Positions 57,630 through 64,000 of a DNA stretch of 64,000 bases are shown here, in pieces. The DNA lies in the NCBI GenBank assembly GCA_025558095.1, contig JAIVFI010000020.1, positions 558,001 through 622,000 on the forward strand. The letters are read 5' to 3'. The position numbers and the translations under genes were made by a program. The stretch comes from Hyaloraphidium curvatum SAG 235-1. Lineage: Eukaryota; Fungi; Monoblepharomycota. The notes beneath the pieces are model-generated. The model saw only the letters and a program-made list of their open reading frames with translations, was not told the origin of the DNA and ran no database searches. Numbering within the stretch: the first letter of the stretch is position 1; every line of letters starts with the position of its first letter.

Positions 57630-58769
57630 ATGGCGGCCGCCGACGCCGCGGGCGTCGACTCGTTCTCGCAGCTCCTCGCTCGGCTCGACCTCCGCCGCGC
57701 CGCCGCGTTCTGGGACGGGACCTTTGGCCCGCTCCGCGGGCTCCTCTGGACCGCATCCGTGCACATCTACCTCGCCGCCATCCTCCTCTGCGCATTTGTG
57801 GTCGAACTTTGGGTCCGATCGGAGAAATCTGAGCGCCGGCGAGGGGAGCAGGCGGCGGCAGAGGCCGAGGGGGGCGATGTTTGCCCCGCGCCCGGGGTGG
57901 CCCATGAGGACGCCGGGCCGGTCGAGGCGTGCGAGGCGGACGATTCGACCGAGGTCGACGAGAACGAACTCGCCGATGCGCTGGCACTGGCTGGTGCTGC
58001 GGCCAAGGCGGACCGGGGGTCGCTCTCGGAGGGCTCCGACGCCACGGCCGCCGTGCTCAAGGCAGAGAGGACCGAGGACGTCTCTTCCGAGGCCAGCTCG
58101 CCTACCGCCATCGGACAGCTCGAACACATCGAACACATGGACCTCGACCACGATCCCCTGCCCTCCCCCCGGCTGGCCCCGCTGGAGCGCCGCTTCTCCG
58201 TCGACGCGGCCCCCCGTTCCCCCGGCTCCCCCCGCTGGATGGTCCCCTCCAGCCCCCGCCTCGCGGCCTCCAAACCCGCCGACCTGTCCGCCAGCGCCCG
58301 CGCCTCCTCCGCCACCCTCTCGGACGAGGCCGCCGGCACTGCCTCCCTCCCCCCGATGCCCGCCACCCCGGACCGCAACTTCTTCGCCAAAGCCTTCTCC
58401 TCGGGCAGGATCAGGGCCATGAGCGTGGACAACCCGTGGAAATCCCCCTCGGCGGAGGAGCTCGAATCGGCCATCGGCCTCGCGCCGCTCAAGCACCTCG
58501 CCTCGTTCGACGAGCCGGGCTCTCCCACCCCGCGCCGCTCGGCGGACCCCTCCCCGAAGTTCCCGCAGCGCGCCCGCACGCTTTCCGAGATCCCCGGCCG
58601 CGGCCTGCAGCCCGCGTCGCCGTTCACCGCCGGCCTCGCGAGCCCCGTGCGCGCGTCGACGGGGGGGTTCGTGCGGATGACGCCTAGCCCGCTGCGGTCG
58701 TCGCCGCTGGCGGCGCTGGCGAGGGAGTGGAGCGAAAAGGCGGCGGGGAGGAACGCGTCGCCGCCTTGA
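57630..58769 (+). CDS. single-pass membrane protein with Ser/Pro-rich disordered tail
   Basis: TM VHIYLAAILLCAFVVELWV; many SP and RxxS sites; GCCATGG start context. Confidence 0.7.
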   Translation: MAAADAAGVDSFSQLLARLDLRRAAAFWDGTFGPLRGLLWTASVHIYLAAILLCAFVVELWVRSEKSERRRGEQAAAEAEGGDVCPAPGVAHEDAGPVEACEADDSTEVDENELADALALAGAAAKADRGSLSEGSDATAAVLKAERTEDVSSEASSPTAIGQLEHIEHMDLDHDPLPSPRLAPLERRFSVDAAPRSPGSPRWMVPSSPRLAASKPADLSASARASSATLSDEAAGTASLPPMPATPDRNFFAKAFSSGRIRAMSVDNPWKSPSAEELESAIGLAPLKHLASFDEPGSPTPRRSADPSPKFPQRARTLSEIPGRGLQPASPFTAGLASPVRASTGGFVRMTPSPLRSSPLAALAREWSEKAAGRNASPP

Positions 58770-58990
58770 GCCGGAAGGTGTGCGGGGGGAGGCGTTGTTG
58801 GAAGGAGTTTCAGTTTTGGGCTTTCGCGAGGACGTGTCGATACCCCGTGCGGCGCGCTGGCAGTGCGGCATCTGTAAATCTGTAAATTGATACACGGCAT
58901 TCTTGAGCGATACACATCCATGATCGAGCGAGTTCCCTCCCGCAAAAGCCGCGCGGCGATTACCGATGTTCTGAATGCCCCCACGGAGCT

Positions 58991-60634
58991 TCACGGCGTA
59001 TGGCATGCCATGTCCACCGTATACACGACCCCCGCCCCCCTCAGCAGCGTCCAAATGCCCAGCCCCACGGTCAGCGTCGTCGCCAGCAGCGCCCTTGCGA
59101 GCTGCGGCGTCGCCACGAGCCCGAAGATGCGCGCCAGCTGCCCGTCCCCCGCGAGGAGGAACGACTCCAGCAGGCGCGCGTGGTCCTCCAGGGATGCCAG
59201 CGCCTCGCGCGCGGCATCCGGGTTCGGTGGCGGGGGGAAGACGCGGGAGAGGTGCGCGAGCTCGCGGATCTCGCGGATGGCCGAGGCGTACAGGTTTCTG
59301 ACGGCGCTGACCTGCGAGTTGCTCGTACCGAGCACGACAGCGTCGACAAAGACGGTGTACAGGATGAGAATCGCGAGCGGGACGACCCAGCCGACGATGC
59401 AGGAGCCCACGGCGACGTTGACGACGAGTCCGACGAGGAGGCCCGAGGCCGAGACGATGGTGAAACTCAGGTTGCTGGCCTGGACCCTGGTCCGCCACCG
59501 CACCGAGACGGCAGAGTGGAGCGAGACGTAGGCTTCGGGGCCGTCGGCGGGTTGGACGAGCCGTTCTGAGGGGCCGAGGAGCGCGTCCCGGTGCCGGGCC
59601 AGCATCGATGACAAGGCTAGCTTGGCCGCGCGATGCTGAAGCCTTTGCTCCAGGCGAAAGTGGGGCATGGAAGAGTAGGAATTTGTTAGATCGCGCACGG
59701 ATGATATGCCGAGGATGGCGACTGGGTGGAAGGCGAAGTCAGCGTCCTCAACAACGCGAGGGCACGGGCCGGACCAACCGTAGCCAACGGCCAAGAGGCC
59801 GCTCCACCAGCTCGAAAAAGTCAGCGCCCGAAACGTGATCATCGCCGTCCATACCAGCGACAGCATGTACCAGATTTTGGCCGATTGCCCAGTGACCCAC
59901 GCGACTGCCGCGAACGCGGCTGCGTGGCGGGGGGCGTTGCCGGCGCACCGGGGCGATGGGTACGGGCACAGGGCGTCCTTGCTCTCGTGGGCGACGAGGG
60001 CGGACGTTTCGCCGGCGAGTTCGTGCTCCTCCAAACGTGCCCCCGAGCTTGTCCGGACCAACTCGCTCCAGCGCGCCAGGGTCGCGTGCGGGTGCCCGCT
60101 CTCGTCGTCTGTTGCTTCGGGGATCGCGGAGCTCGCCCGGCCGATGTACAAGCGAACGGAAGGGGATGCCAGCAGGAGCGCGATCCACAGAGCCCAGGCA
60201 AACACTACGCAGGCGGTTCCGGCGGCCAGCTGCGCAGTGGCAAAGGGCCTGCCGAGCTCCGCGTTGAAGACCCAGAGGGGCGCGAAGAGCGACAGTCCGA
60301 GCGCGCTCCACCAGAAAGGAAGCACTAGCGGCTTGATGAACCGCGTCATGGCCCGCGACAGCCGCAGCTGCAGCGCCAGTAGCGCGCTCCATGGCCGCAA
60401 GTCGCGGACCAACGCGTCGAAGGTTAGCGGTTCCGCGGCGCGGAGGGCCGCCGCGGGGTCGAACACGGCGGCGTGCGGCAGCACCGAGTCGGAGGCGTCC
60501 GGCGCGGAGGGGAATAAAACCAGCCATTCGCGGGGGGCGAAGCGGAACGGTGCGGCTGCGGAGCCCGGAATCGCCGCCGAGGGGGCCGCTCCCTTCGCGT
60601 CGGCGAGGCCCGTCGCCGACATTTCCACCGACAT
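58991..60634 (-). CDS. 7-TM GRL/7TMIC-like family, copy 2; in-frame intron 59722-59778
   Basis: REWLVLFP...DPAAALRAAEPL; HESKDALCPYPSPRCAG; RLQHRAAKLAL; ARIFGLVATPQLARALLATTLTVGLGIWTLLRGAGV...C. Confidence 0.75.
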   Translation of the reverse strand: MSVEMSATGLADAKGAAPSAAIPGSAAAPFRFAPREWLVLFPSAPDASDSVLPHAAVFDPAAALRAAEPLTFDALVRDLRPWSALLALQLRLSRAMTRFIKPLVLPFWWSALGLSLFAPLWVFNAELGRPFATAQLAAGTACVVFAWALWIALLLASPSVRLYIGRASSAIPEATDDESGHPHATLARWSELVRTSSGARLEEHELAGETSALVAHESKDALCPYPSPRCAGNAPRHAAAFAAVAWVTGQSAKIWYMLSLVWTAMITFRALTFSSWWSGLLAVGYGWSGPCPRVVEDADFAFHPVAILGISSVRDLTNSYSSMPHFRLEQRLQHRAAKLALSSMLARHRDALLGPSERLVQPADGPEAYVSLHSAVSVRWRTRVQASNLSFTIVSASGLLVGLVVNVAVGSCIVGWVVPLAILILYTVFVDAVVLGTSNSQVSAVRNLYASAIREIRELAHLSRVFPPPPNPDAAREALASLEDHARLLESFLLAGDGQLARIFGLVATPQLARALLATTLTVGLGIWTLLRGAGVVYTVDMACHTP

Positions 60635-60807
60635 CTTCTCCGACGACCAACGCGGCCGGCAGGATCCCGTCGCCGGCGGGTCGAGGTCGGAGTGCGGCCC
60701 CGTGTTTATTTGACGCGGCGAGGCGTTCCTCATCTCTGTCTCCCGCCACCGCCCTCCCCTCCACGGTGTTAATCGCGACGCCGCCACGCCGCTCCGCGGT
60801 TCATTCC

Positions 60808-61723
60808 ATGGAAGAAGCTCTCGCCAGCTCGGAGCCGCGGGGATCCGGCGATCCCGCCGGCGCACTGCGGGCCGAACGGCCGCTGACGCGCGCGCGGCTG
60901 CTCCAGGGGCTGGCCGCCTCGTCGCGGACGCTGCGCGACCTCACGAGGCTGCAGTTCGTTTCGCAGTCCTTGGGGAGGAACCTTCCCTACTTCATCGTCC
61001 TTGTCATCGTGCTCATTGCGCCTCTCACGGCGACCGCGTGGACGTGGGGCTCGTTCGGGACGAGCCAGCTTGCCGTGGGCACCGCGTTCCTCTTTGCTCT
61101 CCTTCTTTTGTTCTTGTTTTCGGCGGGACTGCTGGCGACCTTCCGCGGCAGGCACACCAACGCCATTGGCCGGACGGGCTCCGTGGCTGCCGGCACGAAC
61201 AGACCGGAACCCGAGGTCAGCAACCACGCTTTGGCCGTGTTTGTTCGATACGAGGAGCTCCGCGAATCCAGCGCATCGCAGAGCACGTCCAGCTCCGTGA
61301 TTCTGCAGCACGACCCGGGGGATGTCATGTGCCCATGCGACCTGGCTTCCTGCGCCGGGAAGCTGCCGCGCCAGGCTTCATTCTGGCACCTCGTCTATTT
61401 GACCGCACTCACCTTGTTAAACTTGGCAGTCTTTCTCCTATTCGTCTACACACCGCTCGTCACTCTTCGCGAGAGTGTGTGGAGCACGGCCTGGTCTGGG
61501 ACCGTCCCCGCGATCTACTGCGCCGTCACCATCCCGTCTCATCCTTGTTCCCAACGCCAGGCAATCGGCGAACGTCACCGCGCTCTCTCTTTCCTCGCGC
61601 GTCTCCAACCGCGCCATCGCCGCCTCCCTGCGCTCCCTCCTGTCCCGCCTCCACTTTTCCCTGGACCGCGCACGGGCTGCCCTTCCCCCACCCGACGACC
61701 GTCTCTCCTGGTGGTGCGAATAA
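60808..61723 (+). pseudogene. 7-TM GRL/7TMIC-like family, copy 3; frameshifted and 3'-truncated
   Basis: DPAGALRAERPL; FGTSQLAVGT; HDPGDVMCPCDLASCAG; VWSTAWS; the post-TM4 motif SRVSNRAIAASLRSLLSR is in another frame (ORF 61475-61723) and then stops; TM5-7 absent. Confidence 0.75.
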
Positions 61724-61910
61724 TACGCTCATCTCTATTTGGAGGAAGCGAGATGGGGCACTTTGATGCTCAGTGATACGATCGCTGGGGCTGTTGAGCT
61801 GCGAGGTTCGGCCGCTGGACGACGCCCGAAGCCTTCCCACGCTCGCTATCCGATCGCTCCAGCATGTCGCGATCGACAAGGTCCACGCATCGAAAGCCTC
61901 CTGCAGCTGC

Positions 61911-63477
61911 TCACGCGGGACAGAACGTCTCGAGCACCACCACGATCCCCACCCCCCGGAGCACCCCCCACAGCGCCGCGGCCAGCGTGACAACCGATGC
62001 GAGGACGGTCCTGATGACGCCGTAGTCGATCCTGACCCCCGCCAGCCTCGCCGCCGCCTCCTCGTCCGCGGCCCGGAACTCGGCCAGCGCGCGGTAGTGC
62101 CACCCCGCCGCCGCCTGGAACGCCGATCCGTCGGGCCCGGGGCGGGCGGCGGCGGCGCGCAGGGCGATCGAGCGGACCTCGGCCGCGGCGTCGCGGTACA
62201 GCCCCGTGGCGCGGGCGATGCGGGCGTTGCTGTCGGCCGCGATGACGAGGTCGATGGAAGCAAAGACGAGCCACCAGCCGACCCAAGCGAGCTGCCACGC
62301 CGTGATGCACCCCGCGATCTAAGCGGGAGGCGGGAGGGTCAGCAGGCGTTGGAAAGCAACGGGAACGGTAACGAACCCCGTTCAGGAGGAAGGCCACGGC
62401 GGCGCAGAGGACAAAGGCCACAACCATCCGCCACGTCAGCTCCACGTGCACCATGCCCGTCGCCCACGAGTTCTGCAGCGCCGCGTTGAGCGCCACGTAC
62501 GGCTCCTCCGGCCCCGGAATCGGCAGCGCGGGGTCGTCCGCCGCGGCTTCGAGGCGCCGGATGGTCCGGAGCAGGGCGACCGATAGCATGCGGCGCTGGA
62601 GGCCGGCTTGGAGGTGCGAGAGAGAGGCCGTGTTGATGACGACGGCGCGCAGAGCCCAGACGGAGAAGAATAGGAAGGCGGCGCAGAGGACCAGGAAGAA
62701 AGTGATGGCCCAGGGCGACGACCAGAAGAATGGCGCGTAGGTGAAGGCTGGGGTGGCGAGGAGCAGGATCCCAACGAAAAGGTGGAGGAGGGACAGGCCG
62801 ACGAGGTCGGCGAGCTTCTCCCAAATGACGTTCCGGATGATGCGCCCGCAGCATGCCGGCCGGTCGCAGGGGCAGAAGGCGTCCCCGTCCTCGTGAATCA
62901 ACAGAGGCGACAACCGGTCTTTGCCCCCGCCGTCCCGACCCTCCTCAATGAGCTTCTGGCGGCGCAACCAGATGGAAAGGGTAGAACGCGTGGAGAGGAA
63001 GTCGACGCCGGCGAGGTCGCGGGGCATGGGCCCGCGGCTGCTGCCGAGCATCACGGCCCCACGGAGGATCCACCAGGCGTAGCCCCAAAAGACGCAGAAC
63101 AGCTGGAGGGCCGCGGCGACGGTGCCGAGGGCCACGTTGCGGGGCGGGAACCGCTCCGGATCCCGGGAAGCCAGCGAAGCGGCGGCAGCGAGGGCAGGCA
63201 CGCCAAGGCATCCCGCGATCAACTCCCGCCACAACATCGAAAACCGCACCGCAAAGGCCGCGAAGACGCGCACCAGCCACGCGAGAGGAGCGGCGCCCCC
63301 GCGCGAGAGCGCCACCGCGGCGGGGCCGGACAGCAGCGGATCCGCGGCGCGGAGCTCCGCGGCCGGCTCGGCCGGCGGCGATATCCACCGAGGGAACGAC
63401 GGCAGCGCCGCGGCGGGGAACACTGCCGCCCATTCGCGGGCAGTCGGCACGAAATCGACGGGGTCGTCGGCCTCCAT
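61911..63477 (-). CDS. 7-TM GRL/7TMIC-like family, copy 4; intron 62319-62376
   Basis: REWAAVFP...EPAAELRAADPL; HEDGDAFCPCDRPACCG; exon 2 IAGCITAWQL...ARLAGVRIDYGVIRTVLASVVTLAAALWGVLRGVGIVVVLETFCPA*. Confidence 0.78.
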
Positions 63478-64000
63478 GTGGAGGACGCGGCGCCGGTGAT
63501 TAGCGAAGGAACGGCGGAACCCGATGTGTATACGAATCGTAGCGTCCGCTCACTTGCCGACGTGGGTCCCGATCGCGCAAGTATGGCAGAGACCATAGAT
63601 CTACAGATTCCAGAGATGTCGCAGCGCAGCACGCGTATTCAAGCCTCCTTGCTGAATATTGCTCTCACGCCGTACCTGCCCGCTTGGTACCGCCGACCGC
63701 GTGGCAATGGAAAGGGTCAAACCTGGCGCCTCCCGAGTAAAGATGATGTGGATTTATTCCGATGTTGAAAGATAGGAGGCCTCCCGTGAGTGTGGCAAAC
63801 CCGTTGTACGTGTAACGTGGGGGCAGGTTCAACCATCTTGCTTGGCTCAGGCGAGGAGGCGTGGATACCCTTGCTACGTGCATCTGCAAGGTGCACATCC
63901 AGCGGATCTCGACAGTGATTGATCGGGATGACCAACCTCGGGGCGAGGAGGACGGGTCCTCGCGATCGAACGTTCCGAGGTTCCAACCCACCGTCAACGC

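Overview
Eukaryotic, very GC-rich (roughly two-thirds G+C by eye), gene-dense DNA with many short (mostly ~50-60 nt) GT-AG introns and CTRAC-type branch sites. Gene content is fungal-like (CCP2-type peroxidase, EFM7, DUS2, TMEM18, PAS kinase, GCR1_C, F-box and MYND genes), most consistent with an early-diverging chytrid/monoblepharid-type fungus (inference). Most long ORFs in the track are GC-driven antisense shadows; about 30 real genes and pseudogenes can be reconstructed by eye. Highlights: (1) four paralogs (one at 6.3-7.9 kb, three clustered at 59-63.5 kb) of a 7-TM family with the helix layout and TM7 signature of insect gustatory/odorant-receptor-like ion channels (7TMIC/GRL/DUF3537), plus a family-specific H-x3-D-x2-CPC-x4-C loop; (2) a ~10 kb island (27.2-37.4 kb) that begins where a duplicated secreted-protein gene is cut off and holds an HMG-box gene, a ~1,100-aa multi-intron orphan, tandem hairpins, a phage-type HNH nuclease fragment and a self-priming (Tf1-like) LTR retrotransposon relic; (3) an apparently active protein kinase with a signal peptide and no transmembrane helix; (4) several intronless bacterial-like enzymes, including a GNAT-cupin fusion. 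No CRISPR array, rRNA or tRNA was recognised. All calls are from motif recognition by eye; no searches were run.
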